Positions 1 through 13,015 of a DNA stretch of 64,000 nt are shown here, one piece after another. Made by a program: the position numbers and the translations under genes. Origin of the DNA: Lingula anatina (Eukaryota; Animalia; Brachiopoda); the NCBI GenBank assembly GCA_051362555.1, contig CM120641.1, positions 13,764,001 through 13,828,000 on the forward strand. The letters are read 5' to 3'. How positions within the stretch are numbered: the stretch's first letter is position 1; every line of letters starts with the position of its first letter. Under the pieces are notes generated by a model. It had not been told where the DNA came from. It saw nothing but the letters and a program-made list of their open reading frames with translations, and ran no database searches.

Positions 1-428
1 TTTGCTATCTTTAGTACACAGCACAAGTAACAAATAACACACAGGTACTGCAAAGAGTAATCTGCATAAAAATGACCACTCATAAGGATATGTCTATTTA
101 CCAAATGTATAATATATTCACATTCATAAAAACTAGGTGAAATGATTCCACTCCATCATTCCTGGCAGGATGTCGCGATTTTTTCTGGACAAGTGTCAAA
201 CAGGACAGATGTCACTGCCATTGAAATTACCTTTGCCAAAATACTATTGTTTGGGTGTGTTTCTAGTAAACAACATCGAAACATTGTCAAATACGAATCG
301 AACAAATAACAGGAGCAGCAAGGGTGCTGTTCGGAATACACACTCATCAGCAGTTCATAATCTCATGCACAAAAATGAAACCCACCAAAAAACTGGGTCA
401 CACCATATTAAGGAATCAAATTCCTCAC

Positions 429-453
429 CTTGTAACTTCCTCCTATCTGCCAT
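429..453 (-). CDS. CNOT3: CCR4-NOT subunit 3, first coding exon (MADRRKLQ/G); the rest of the gene lies left of the window
   Basis: Minus strand reads ATG GCA GAT AGG AGG AAG TTA CAA G|gtgagg. This matches the conserved CNOT3/Not3 N-terminus MADKRKLQG, followed by a phase-1 donor. Only 8 codons are visible. Confidence 0.8.
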
Positions 454-559
454 TCCTACGAGTGCAAGGAGACACACGTCTGAACCATGCTATGAATGCA
501 CTTGGGAGGCTATAACTGTATACACAAGTTGTATACTCGTACGAAAATTTTCCAACTCT

Positions 560-961
560 GTACTATCTTTGTTTCAAACAAGATGGCTGCCTTTTCTGAG
601 ACTGAATTGCGCATGTGCTAAGAGATCTGTTCTCCATACATCTTTCTAGGTCAAATTATCGTTAAAATAATTGAATTTCAGGAATAGTTTCAAGCGTTAT
701 CAATTATCAAAGCACAACCGTGTGTTTCTTATTTTTTAATGGAATAACTAGTCTAAGCTCTCCGAAAATAGTGAAATAGAAGTTCTAATGTATGGGAAAA
801 TTCAATGAAGTGCGGAATTATGGGATACTTGGTCTCAGTACGCAGGTCATAAACTTCAATGTTTGTCGTTCAAATCCTTCTACAGTATCTGTATTCCTGG
901 ATTTATTACCAAAGTAAGGAGTATCCACAGATTATAAGAGTCTTAAAATGTTATGAATAGG
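560..961. promoter_or_regulatory. Bidirectional promoter region CNOT3/CEP131, with probable non-coding CEP131 first exon ending at 961
   Basis: YY1-like AAGATGGCTGCC at ~580, NRF1-like TGCGCATGTGC at ~608 and locally retained CpGs. Strong donor gtaagt at 962 and acceptor ttttcctcag ending 1383 just before the CEP131 ATG. Confidence 0.55.
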
Positions 962-1399
962 GTAAGTGTCTCAATTAGCATTAGAGATAATGTTGTAGTG
1001 AAATACTTAACCTGACAATCACCTGCTTTTTAAACAAATGCCTGGAAAGAGATGAGAACCTGAAACTTGCATTCTTGCTTTTTCAATATTTTGCATATTT
1101 TGCCCTCTTCATATCACTGACCTTGTCCAGAAAAGCTAAGACAACAAGGCAAATGCATTTGGTAGCCCCTTTGCTAAGAGTATTGCAAAATGAATAATTT
1201 GCTTTTATGAAGGCTATTTTAGAATTTCAAACGTTGTCAAAGTCAAAATGGAATGAACTAATTTTTTTCAAAATTCCATAATATCTTGATTTAATCATCC
1301 CATTTGTGGCATATTCCATTGATATTCCTTACCATTTCACCCATAACAATGATATCTTACCCCAGCTTCTTGATTTTCCTCAGGATGTGACCTTTTGCT

Positions 1400-4300
1400 A
1401 TGACATCTAAAAAGTATTCAGATGATCTTGATCTGAGCTTGACTGGGTCTCAGATTTCTGCCCTCTCCTCTAGCCGAAGACCATCATCTGCTTTGGGTGG
1501 AAAAAGACCCTGCTCAGCTTCTGGTGCAAGGGAGAAAACCTCAGCAGTAAGTGTATTTATTACATTTTTTTGTAAAAGTATAGAGATGCTTTTTTTTTTT
1601 ACTCAGAAATATATCTAATATTAAATCAGTCTGCGACGTTAAGCACTAGCCCGAGGCAATTGCCCACCTAAAGTGGCACCGGGCTAGTAAAAAAGTTGAA
1701 ATTTTATAAAACACTAGCCCGAACGGGCTAGTTGTAATTTTGAACCTATTTAACACTTAGTAAGATTTCAAAAATATAAGTCGCCAGTCTGTAGTTATTT
1801 GTAGCAGCAGTCTGTCTGATCAGCGTGTTGGCATCTTTTTATTTGACTAGTTTGTTGTCATGACTACAAATTGCTGTCAATCAAGAAACTGGATCAGTCC
1901 AGAATTCCTTGGTACTAGCAACAGGTTCTTTGTCAAAACAACACTGTCTCCGTAAGTGTAATGTATGCGTTATCTCATAGAACATTTGGGTTAGGACCAC
2001 CTAGCAGACTGAGGGGTGGAGTATTCTATTTCCTTTTTTGTTTATATTTTTTATTTATAATTTTAATATCCATAAGTAAATACATTTTCCTTTGCTTATT
2101 GCCTTTTAAAAACAATAAGACCCTGGCAGTTACATAAATACCCTATGAGCTATTCTATGTGGGATAGTTCAGTTTATGCCATGGCTACCCCTCCATGCTT
2201 TGTCCTGGTAATGAATTGAAAAGTTGTTTTTACAAATATATAACCAAAAGAATTGTAACCCAAAAAATTATAAGACGGTTTGTTTAATGACCCTTACATC
2301 ACCTATGTATTTTAAATTAGAAGTGGCATTATACCGATGTAATTTGGAAATAAATTGTCAGAAAAGAGCCATTGTCAATAAAAAGAAAAGTCCTGAATAA
2401 ACAAAAAAGTTTCTTATAAAAAATGGAAAAAAGGTATTATAAAAATATGAAAAGTAAGGGTAACTATATTCAGCATTACAAATAAAAAAAAATTTTTTTC
2501 AATATTAAAAGAATTAAATATATTTTTACTTAATTTTACCACCCCATCAACTGGAAATTAACCTGATTGACTTTGTTATTCACTTGCTCTACTTCTATAA
2601 TAAGGTTTATAAGAAAGTATAGTATAGTACCACAACTCTTAACAATATCTGCTTAAACTTTTTAAATGAATTATTGAAATTGGGCTAGTGTTTTTTGGTT
2701 CGACTAGTAAAGTTTGAGAGTCTGCTAGCCCAAAGGGCTAGTAGTCTAAAAAGTTTTTGGCACAGACTGTTATTTGCAAGATTATCAGAAATGTGTGGAA
2801 ATTACACATACTTTTACCATTGTCAGAGTTTAGCTAATGGATTGGGCAGCAGTGGAAGCAGTTTGTCTGGAGGGGCCAAGAAGAAACATGCAAGAGGTAA
2901 AGCCAGGAATTATTATTATTATTATTATTGTTTCTTAGAAATATTAATATTAATGTTAATTATGCAATATGATCTGTTATCTTTGAAAGCGATAATTTAA
3001 GTCATTGAATATTTGGAACATTATCAGCATTTTTTTTATTCATATTTATATACCTGGTTAACAGATAGCTGAACAAGCAGATTTAAATTGTTGTGTTAAA
3101 AGACCGCTGTATTCATATTTTCCAGGTAGCAGCTTTAATGCACCTTTAAGTCAAAGAAGTGATGATAAGTCTAGTACAGAAAAAACACCGAGGAAGCTAA
3201 AGCCTAGACTTTCATCAGGGTAGGTAATTTTTAGTTATTGCCACATTATTTTCTGTTTAGCAAAGAATCAGTTATTCCAAACAACCACAAATGCTTAAAA
3301 TTTATAATGGTTAATAAGGCAAATATAAATAAAATTGCTCACAGAGCAAAGACTTCGAAGTATAGGATGAAATACCAGATATTACAATGTAAAAAAGAAA
3401 TAAGAATCCCCCTCCCCTCCAGGGACAGCCCAACTACAGATACAGAACTACAAAATCCAAAGTGCCCATAAGGATCCCTAATTATAATTCTATCAGTACT
3501 GGAATTTCCTCACTCTAATGGTATAGGAGGAGATAGCGGATATTACAGTGTAAAAAGAATTAAGAATCAACAGACCCCTTGTTGCATTAAAAATCAAATC
3601 AGTTTATTCTGGGTTTGTCATCTATCAACAGAAAGTTTTGAGATGAAAATCTGTAAAATTGTGGCCTCTATTGCCGTACAGAAATTAACCACAAACTCAT
3701 AAAAGCACAAACGACCAAAGCAGTAGACTTGCAAAAAATTTTCGCAAGTAAAAATGTGAATGCTTAAGAAGCAACCTGCCATAGCATGAGTTGAGTTGTT
3801 TCCATTTATATTGGATCTCTTTTGTTTCAGAGATGAGTTCTTAGCTCTCTTTGAGAATGCCCAACCCAAGATAAAACAGGCCAGCAGCAAGGCAGTGAAA
3901 CCTACAGGGGCCATAAAAGCAGTGCACAATGATTTGGTGAGTAGGTGAAATGCCTCTTGTAAATGTTAATGTTTGTTTTGTTTTGCTCTTTGGATTTTGC
4001 AGGAGGCAGTAACCGAAATATTTTATCATTGATAAATGTGTTCAGTGAAATATAAAATGTTAAAAGCTAAGCCCTAAGCCCTACTCAATAGTTCATAGAA
4101 GTTTACAGTGGGGGGAGGGGGGGGGATATCCAAAAGCCACTTATTATCTTGTTATTCAATGCAAGATCTACAACTTGGTAATTTTTATGATGGTTGAATA
4201 GGAGTTATTTCAATTTTCCTAATAATTTGTTTGATTTTCCAGCTCCCCAAAAACAGCCCATTACCTGTCAGTGCTAGAAGTACAAGTACAGTGAATTCAC

Positions 4301-5359
4301 AGTTAACTGACAGATCTGAGACCAACAGTAGACGTCCACACAGTATATTCCATCCTGTCAGTGCCCGGAGCTCAATGACAGTAGACAGTGATGCAGTTCC
4401 AGAAGTCACCCATAGGACGGACCACACTGCAGATGAATGGTTTAGACGATCAGGAGGGTCAGTGGTGACCAGGCAGTCTGTTGAATCAACAAGGAAGCCT
4501 CAGGCTTTGGAACTTGAATCTGTGGTCACTGCAGATGAAGTGGATGAACAGACAGCTGACTCTGCAAGGCTGAATAGTCAGAGACCAAAATCCCCACCGA
4601 AATCTCTTAATCTGAATGCCAATAGCATTGCAAATAATATGAAATCTCCTCCCATGACCTCAGTGGCAAAGACTTCATTTAGTGATATGGAGAACTCCTT
4701 TCAGAACATAAAACACAAAACTCCGGTGAATCAAGTGAAAAGGAGTCCCAGTACTCCTGTTGGAAGGAACATTGCTGAGGATTATATTAAGACTGTTAAT
4801 ATGTCTGCAACAAAGATTCAGAGATGGTACAGACGTCAGTGCTCAAGGAGGAAAAGAGGAAGTTCTGTGGAAGTCAGCAGAGCTGGGGAGGCAGCAATGA
4901 AAAGACTATTGCAGCAGAAAAAACAGCAGAGAGAAGAGCAAAAGGACAGAGAACAAAAAGAACTTGCAGCAAAGGAAAGAGCTGAAGAAGAACAAAAGAA
5001 AAGGAGAGAAGAACGGGCACGCCAAGCAAGACAACAGGCTATACAGGTACAGGAATTAATTTTTTTATTTTTTATTTTTTGCTGTTTTGGAAACTGTATC
5101 TCCTCCTGATACTGATTGCATTGACATTTAAAATATTGTAATGTTTCTAGTTTTAAATACATGTGCCTGTCTATTTTTAGGAACTCCAAAAAAAGAGAGA
5201 GGAAAAAAGATTAGAAAACAAACAGATTGCGGAAGAAGAACTAGCAAATTTAGAGGTGATTGTCATTATTCATTGTCATCACTTTGAAATATGTAGCATA
5301 CTAGTGTGTGATTCAAGCAAAGGGCCTTATATATACAGCATATACATGTATGTATCTAG

Positions 5360-5443
<84 letters not shown>

Positions 5444-6750
5444 AAAAACTTTAATAAGGTGAAATATTGTTTTATTAATTTTATTTTATTTTTATTTTTT
5501 ATGTACAGACACAGATGTGTCTGTACATATTGCCATCACCTGCGTCTGTCGTCGCCGTCGCCGATCATGTCGCCGTCGCCGTGCACTGTCAGCGTTAACA
5601 CCATAAGTGGAAGACAGTTTTACTTTTGGGTTTTATATTAACAGAGCTGACTAATATTCATAAAACGCAGGTCAAGTTCGAAAATCAGCATGATCGGGCC
5701 ATTATTGAAGAATTTATGCTGTTTTTTCACTTTTTAGCATATATGCAACACTGTTAACACATTTCAAGGAAAACCGATAGGCCTGTTGTCATGAAACTCA
5801 CAGGAATAATCAATCTTACTAAAACACAGATCAAGTTCGAAAATCGGCATGATCGGGCCACTATTTTAGTAGTTATGCTGTTTTTTCACTTTTCAGCATA
5901 TATGCAACACTGTTAACACATTTCAAGGAAAACCGATAGACCTGTTATCATGAAACTCACAGGAGTAATCAGTCTTACTAAGATGCAGGTCAAGTTCGAA
6001 AATCAGCATAATCGGGCCATTATTTTATAAGTTATGCTGTTTTTTCACATTTCCTCAGATTCAATTCTTAGGCATGTTAACAGTCTCATTATTTAACTAA
6101 TTAGATTCGTGTTTGTTTGACATTTCCTGCATCTTTACAACATTGTTAGTTGATTATGTAAAAATGATGGTAAACTTGTCATCATGTATTGTAAAATAGA
6201 GTTTCAAAAATGGAAAAAAAACTCATATCATTGCAGTTTGTCAGATTCATTCATTCACTATGTTCAGAAACTCAGAATGGAGGAAATTGGACATTAAACA
6301 CTGTTCTATTGATATTTTTCCCATCTCATCAATTTTCTAAGTTGATCATATAAAAATGGCAGTAAATTGTTAATTTTGTTATATGTTAAAAAATTGTTAA
6401 AAATGAAAAAAACACATTTCAGGACAGTGCTGTCTTGTCTACATTTTGGCATTTTGAAGGTATGACTTTGAAGTTCCTTGGGCCTAAAGACCTTTGCTAG
6501 GCACATTTTCTGAATATCCATGATACTAATATTTTATTATTAAAAATTGATGGTTATTATCCTGTTAAACATTATGTAATATTGCATCAAAATTTGAAGA
6601 AACCCCTATTTTTGGCACTGCTCCCATGATGACCATTTAAGGAAAACCTGTCATTACTGTTCTCAAACTTACAGGATAGAAACATGGGACATGAATAAAG
6701 CTTCAGTGGACAATGCAGTCTGTTTGGTAAATTTTTCTGGCTTTTAAACT

Positions 6751-6783
<33 letters not shown>

Positions 6784-9700
6784 TGAAAATTTAATTTTTA
6801 TCTATTGGCATTTTCAAGGTGTGACTTAAGAACCTCCACGAGCTTGAAGACCCATGCTAATCACATTTTCTGAAAATCCATGATACAGATCTTTAATATT
6901 AAAAACTGAGGGTCATTCTGCTGTTAAGCATTATGTAATATTGCATTAAAATAGAAGAAAACACAATTTTGGGTGCTGCTGCCATGATGACCATTATGGG
7001 AAAACCATGTTACTTATGATTGTCAAACTTTCAAAAAAGAAACTAAAGACTAAAATGCAGCCTGAGTTGGAAAAGCAGTCTAATTGGCTTCTTTTTCTGG
7101 AAGTTATACATTTTAGTAAAATATTCACTTTTATCATGTTGGCATATTTATTGTGGGACTCGAAGCTCCCATGGCCATAAAGCCAAATGGTAATCAAATT
7201 TTTTACATGCCCATGCTATTTATAGTCAATAATCAAAAATTGGTGATAATTATTCTGTAATTTATTATGTAATGTTACATCAAAATTGACAAAAATCTTT
7301 TTGCACTGCTACTACAAACATTATGAAAAGAGACTGTATTACTTATTATTATTTTCAACTTACAAGTATGATTTGTAGGATTGGCATGCAGTTCAAATAA
7401 GAAAGCCACCTCAAATGGGTTATCATTAATTATTGAATTTAAGCAGTTTTATGTGAAATTTTCATTTTTCTCATTCTGGCATTTTCAAAGTGTGAACTTA
7501 AACTTCCATGGGCCTGAAGCCTTACGCTTGTTACACATTTCACTTACATTGGTATTACCTGTTGAGCATAATTAAAATTTGATGTTGAATTTGCAGTTAA
7601 GCATAATGTACTTTTGCATCAGAATTGACAGTAGCCTATTTTGTGTATTGTTATTGTCTGCTTTTTGTCTGTACATTTGACAGCTTTGCTGCCTTGTTGC
7701 TTTTTGCTATTGTTGAAGACTTATTCTATACATGTTTCAGGCCAGTGGAAAGGTTGGCAAGAATTCAAGATCAAATGTTAAAAAGAGACCAGCCAGATCA
7801 AAGAAATTGGACAATAAGACAGCAGAAGACAGTGACTCTGATCCACCACTTAAAACACCAGAAAGTTTCAATAGAAAAGTTGAGGAAATATTCCAGGTAA
7901 GGTGATGCACTTGGCAAAGGAAACCATTTGTACCTTTTCCACATTGACATCTACACCACATATCTTCTTTGGTATGAATTTTGAAACAATCAGCATTGCT
8001 GGTTGAATATTAAGTATATTTACAGGTACTTGTCAGAAGTCCAAATATGATTTTGGATATGATATGAGAAATCCAATTCCCCTTTTTCAGGATAATGGGC
8101 CTCTGAACAATGAAGTAGAATCACAACCTACTGATAGAACTGAAGTCACCAGAGAGGAGGCTGAGGGTGGAGAGGTACAAGGGGCTACAGCAAGGACAGT
8201 TAGTCAGGCAGCAACTAAGACAACTCTTGATGATCTCTTAGAAACTCTGAAAGAATTAGAAGCTGAAGATAAATTCCCATCACCAAAGAATGAAAAGAAG
8301 GCCTGGGGTGTGTTAATATGTGTGGAATATATAAGATTCAGAGCAGAAGTTTTAATGTGTATATAAATTTCAGCTCATTCATGAAGACAGTTTAAATTGG
8401 CATGACCACAGGGCGAAGAACTTGAACAAGAATATCATTTAAACACAATATCCATTTTGCATTGATATATCGAGAGTTTTTATTACAAGTCAAGTAACAT
8501 ATGATACCATGGTGCTAAGATTTCAGGTCTTCTTTATGATTAATTCTCATTCTTCTATTTGATTTCCAGCAGAAAGCAATGAAAAACACTCAGGAGGTAG
8601 TGAAGATGAAAGCTACTTGACCTCTGATAAGTTGGAAAAGCTGAATGCCAGGGACAATGTGAAGAAAAGTGGAACTATGACAGAAGACAAATTGAGAAGT
8701 ATACTCTCTTTCCTAGATGATGTTGATACTGCAGAGAGGTTGTCTGAAATTGACCACATAAATCAAGAGGTAATAAAAAACCCTGAGCATATTGAAAAGC
8801 TGGAATGTTTTATTCACTTCTGGAATGCATTTGAATTATTTGCCAAGGTTTTGCTTAGAAAATGAGATTATGACAAATTGATATTGCTTATAGACATTGA
8901 CCTGAAATGCAAATGTGAAGTGCCATATTAATATAAGTTACTTGCATTGTTAAAAAAGTTAAGAAATAAAATATGCCATTATTTGTAAAATACTTACCTT
9001 TAGAGACTTCAAATTCCTTATTTATTGCTCTCTTTGCATTATTTTCTAGGATGTTAACCGCCACACAGCGGAGGTGTTTGAGTTGCCACCAATGCTGGTG
9101 CCCTCAGCAGATGAGATAGTACAGATGGAACATGCGTCTGCCGCAGCTGCTGAGGTCACCAACACAGTGTTAGCACAGAAGCTTGAACTAGAGGAGAAGA
9201 AACGTACAGTGGCTATGCTGCAAAAGGCATTGGTATGATTTCTTTGTTGCTGTGCCACTACTGGATACTGTTTTTATAAAAAGTTAACTTTGCCTCCCCA
9301 TAATTTTAATTTTATTTTATTTTATTTTATTTTATTTTATTTTATTTTATTTTATTTTATTTTATTTTATTTTATTTTATTTTATTTTATTTTATTAAAA
9401 AAAAATTTTTTTTAACTTGACTGATGCTATAGTTGAATTTAACACACCGTAATAGAGAGTTTATTTGCCCTGAAAAACTAATATATTGAAATTTTAATTT
9501 TTGACCAGTTAACTGGTTTGAAAAAAAAAAATTAATGTGGAAAAAGAAGTGTATTGTTAAACTAAGCAAATGTAATGTTTGATATTTATCTTAAGTGTTT
9601 TGTAGAATAAGTTAGGGATTTGTAATACTGGTCTTTTTTTTTTTCTTGTTCAGAATCAGCAGCGTGAGCTGACTGTTAGACATGCGAAAGAGACAGAAAA

Positions 9701-12700
9701 AGAAATGAAAAAGAGATTATTTGTACAGAAGGAAGAATATGAAGAGGCCATTAAGAGACATTTATCATTTATTGATCAGGTAAGCCCCTTTTAATACCAT
9801 CATTTCCAAGGGGTTGAAGTTCATAAGTCAGATATTTAATATCTGTTTTGATTGGGTGCGTCATTTATTTATTTTTTGTTTAAATTTAAAGTTTAGTATT
9901 CATATAGGTCATTTAAAAGGAATAAAAAAATTGTATTTAATATTTTATATTGATTCAGCTAATTGATGACAAGAAGGTTCTTGGAGAGAGATGTGAGCAG
10001 CTTGATAAAGATGTGAAGACTATGGTGAAGAAATACACTGACAAAATAAAGAGCCTTGAAGAAAAGTAAGCATTATTACTGGAAGTGTTTTTATCCTTTG
10101 TATAAGTATTTGTATGGAGATTTCAGGAATTTTTCATTATGACCACCATGAATTAGGGTATGAAATGTATAGTTCCTTGAAAAAGAATAAATTAAACATT
10201 AAAACTATCTTTCAGTCATCAGATTGAGATGGACAAAGTGAAAGAGATGACATCAGCAGCTGAAAAAATTAGGAGGGAAAAGTGGATTGATGAGAAGACC
10301 AAGAAAATTAAGGTATTCATTAACATAAGAATTTTTCCTCATTCCTAAAAATATTACCTTCCTTGTAACATAAATGTGAATATTTTCCCACAGTCTACCT
10401 GAAGAGAAGAAATGCTGTTCACTTGTGAATGAATAGGGTACATGAAGGGCTTGTTGGGGCAGTGGCATGATTAAGTTGTTTTCAAAATGTGTGTGTGTTC
10501 TTTCAGGAAATGACGGTCAAAGGTTTGGAACCTGAAATCCAGAGGTTGATAGCAAAACACAAGCAGGAAATGAAGAAGCTGAAGCAGATTCATGAAGCAG
10601 AGTTGTTGAATGCAGATGAGAGAGCTGGAGGACGTTATGTTAGGATGAATGAGGAACTCCGTGAGCAACTGGAAAGGGAGAAAGACATGGCTTGTCAGAG
10701 AGAAAGAGAGTTGGCAAGAGACAGGTAACTGAACAATAAAAGAATTTGCTTGAATGTACATTTGGCTTTGTATGATATGGTAGCAAAATAAAGCTCTACA
10801 GCTTTTTAGCAATAGTTCAGATATGAACTTCAATATTAGAATTCTCAGTGCAATTCACTATTTTTCACAACTTTAGAATTTAAATAGACCTTAAGAAATC
10901 GACCTGACAAAGTAAGACCAGGTTGCAAAGACAGAATCACTGGTATTGCAACTTAGTATCTCATAAATTGAAAACAAATGTAATCATGTTTAAGATATGA
11001 AAAGCAGCTACAGCAAGAAGAAGAGGCATACCAACAACAGAGGCGTAGACTCTATCAAGAAATTGCTGAAGAAAAAGAACGTATTGCACAGCAAGCTGCT
11101 CGTCAGCGTACTGAGATGGATAAGCTTCAGCGCCAGCTTGAAGAGAGCCATCAGAATGCAGTGGAAGCCATGAGATCTGAGTATGACACAGCTAGGGAAG
11201 AGCAGGAACGCAGGCATGAAGTAAGTATTGAGAACAGTGTGATATTTCATTTTATATTTGTGTTATTCTGTAGAATTTTTTTTAACTAGGGGGAGGGTGT
11301 TACTAAAATTAATGTTCTGAATCATTATGAAGTAATGGAGATATAGCACTGAATATAAAAGTATTTGTTGCTGTTTGTTAATTTTCTGATATTTTGTTTT
11401 ATTTAATACAAATCTCTATATGTATACCAATAATTCAATACAACCCCTTTATTTTGAACCTTTTGAAAATAGGCAGAAATTAGGGACATGAAAGAGAAAG
11501 TAAAATTAGAAAAAGATGCATGGGAAGAAAACTACAAGAAAAAGCAAGAGACTTGGCTGATTCAAAAAGAAAGAGAATTAAAGGAGCAAGTAAGACGAGA
11601 AAGGGACAAAGAGATTGAACTGGTCATACAAAGGCTAGAAGAAGATGCATCTTCATCAAGGGAAGAATGTGAGAGAGCAGCTGAAAATAGGATAAAGTAA
11701 GAATATTTTTTTACCAAAATTGTCATAGACTAATTGATTGAATGTTTCCAATATATAAAAATGTTTGATTTGCGAAATCAGGATTTTGTAATGGATGTAG
11801 GATGTTTTAAAACAGAATATGAAGTACAGATCCTATCTTGCCACCATTATCCATTGAATAAGATTAAATTAGCACCTTGATCCAAGTTAGAATGTAAAAT
11901 GTAAACAAGTTCTATTGATATCAAATATCAGGAGAATCCGAGACAAGTACGAAGGAGAAATCCAAGAATTGGATAGATCGGAAAGACAAGCCATGGAGAA
12001 ATACAACGAAATGAAGGTTTGGAAGCTTTTTTAAAGAGTGTTTAAGATTGGTTTCTGTGAAGGGCTAGTATATGGTTTCTTTGTTGATGTTACCAGTGAA
12101 ATATGTTTGGGCTGAAAAAGGACAGAATTGAAGACTGTGCAGAGTATTGGTATTGGAAACTTTTTTTCTCTGAAAAATGGATTACAATTTTACAATTGGT
12201 TGTTTTTTCCCTCTTTGATGTGTATTGTTCATACTTCCCTTTTGTTGTTCCCAGGCAAGGCTCACAGAATATGAAGGTGAAAATGAAAGATTTAAAGTTC
12301 AGCTGAGACAAAAAGACCGTGAAATAGCTGATGCCAAAAAGCTGTATGAGAAGTTAAGCAGTGAGAGAGGACAAGTGACTGATATTGTCAGGCAGGAATT
12401 TGCTGACAGAATTGTTGCTACGGAAGAAGAGTGCAAACGTTTGAAACAGGAAATGGCAGAAATGAAATCTCGTCACAGGATTGAACTTGAGAAATCCAAA
12501 GAGGAGATTGAACAGATCCACAAAGCCAAAGATGAAGAAATGGAAGAAGTTCATAAAAGGTATATTGTGAAGCATTATTTGATATATTAGTGGTTTAAAA
12601 CATTTTATGATTTCAGCCGTTTTTCAGGGATAAAAACTGAAAGTGACACCATTTGTCATTAGCCTACAATTTAATCATTAGTTTTTATTAGAAACATAAA

Positions 12701-13015
12701 CTTGCAAGATTTAAATTGAACTAGCTCATAGTTAATAAACATTTTAAATTTGTGACATATTATATATATGTGCATACTAAACTTGATAATCATAGAATTG
12801 ATATAATTTTTTTTAACTGATAAACTTTAACAAATCATAATGGCAAAGGTATTCATTTAAATATGTTCTGTAATTATAGAGTAAAACAAGCCATAGCAAA
12901 GAAGGAAGAAACAGTAAATCAGCTAAGACAGCAGTACCAAGCAGCAGTGAAGAGAGCAGACCACCTGGAGGGGCTTTTGGAACAGCAGAGGAAACAATTA
13001 TTAGGGAAGAAATAA
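1400..13015 (+). CDS. CEP131: Centrosomal protein 131 (AZI1), multi-exon. Exons: 1400-1546, 2827-2896, 3126-3219, 3831-3936, 4243-5046, 5181-5255, 7741-7896, 8091-8307, 8570-8769, 9050-9232, 9654-9779, 9959-10065, 10216-10312, 10507-10724, 10995-11220, 11473-11696, 11932-12016, 12255-12559, 12880-13015
   Basis: Exon phases chain with GT-AG junctions. N-terminal DLSLTGSQI, IQ motif (ATKIQRWYR), and coiled-coil signatures IKRHLSFIDQLIDDKK, REKWIDEKTKKIKEMTVKGLEPEIQRLIAKHK, RDKEIELVIQRLE. C-terminus AVKRADHLEGLLEQQRKQLL. Confidence 0.93.
1627..2769. mobile_element. Non-autonomous hAT-like DNA element in CEP131 intron
   Basis: Ends CAGTCTGCG...CACAGACTG form a short TIR starting CAG. Clustered subterminal CTAGCCC/GGGCTAG motifs at both ends (1646-1731 and 2682-2742). 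No coding capacity and no intact 8-bp TSD seen. Confidence 0.6.
5362..5441. repeat. (TA)n microsatellite
   Basis: About 80 bp of pure TA repeat, ~60 bp upstream of HINE copy 1. Confidence 0.97.
5499..7696 (+). mobile_element. Helentron-associated non-autonomous element (HINE/DINE-1-like), copy 1
   Basis: 5' hairpin ATGTACAGACACAGATGTGTCTGTACAT, (CGTCGC)n microsatellite, ~159-bp tandem units (AAGTTCGAAAATC at 5674, 5833, 5992). 3' subTIR TGTCTGTACA plus small hairpin GACAGCTTTGCTGCC. Flanked by T residues with no TSD. Confidence 0.85.
9305..9395. repeat. (TTTTA)n microsatellite
   Basis: Pentamer run in a CEP131 intron. Confidence 0.95.

Noticed and set aside
170-649. 159-aa + strand ORF
   Set aside because: No recognisable motif. 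It overlaps the CNOT3 first exon and promoter in antisense.
5459-5641. Recurrent ORF MYRHRCVCTYCHHLRLSSPSP (also 20751-21011) and similar short ORFs in the HINE copies
   Set aside because: They recur only because the element is repeated. Frames and stops are not preserved between copies, and there is no Rep/helicase similarity.
5660-6050. Regularly spaced repeats as a possible CRISPR array
   Set aside because: Whole 159-bp units repeat with no unique spacers. They lie inside a eukaryotic transposon and there are no cas genes.
10990-10995. Possible non-canonical or U12 introns
   Set aside because: All reconstructed introns are GT-AG. A few use AAG acceptors (10994, 29240, 38170), but no U12 donor (RTATCCTT) was seen at a junction.
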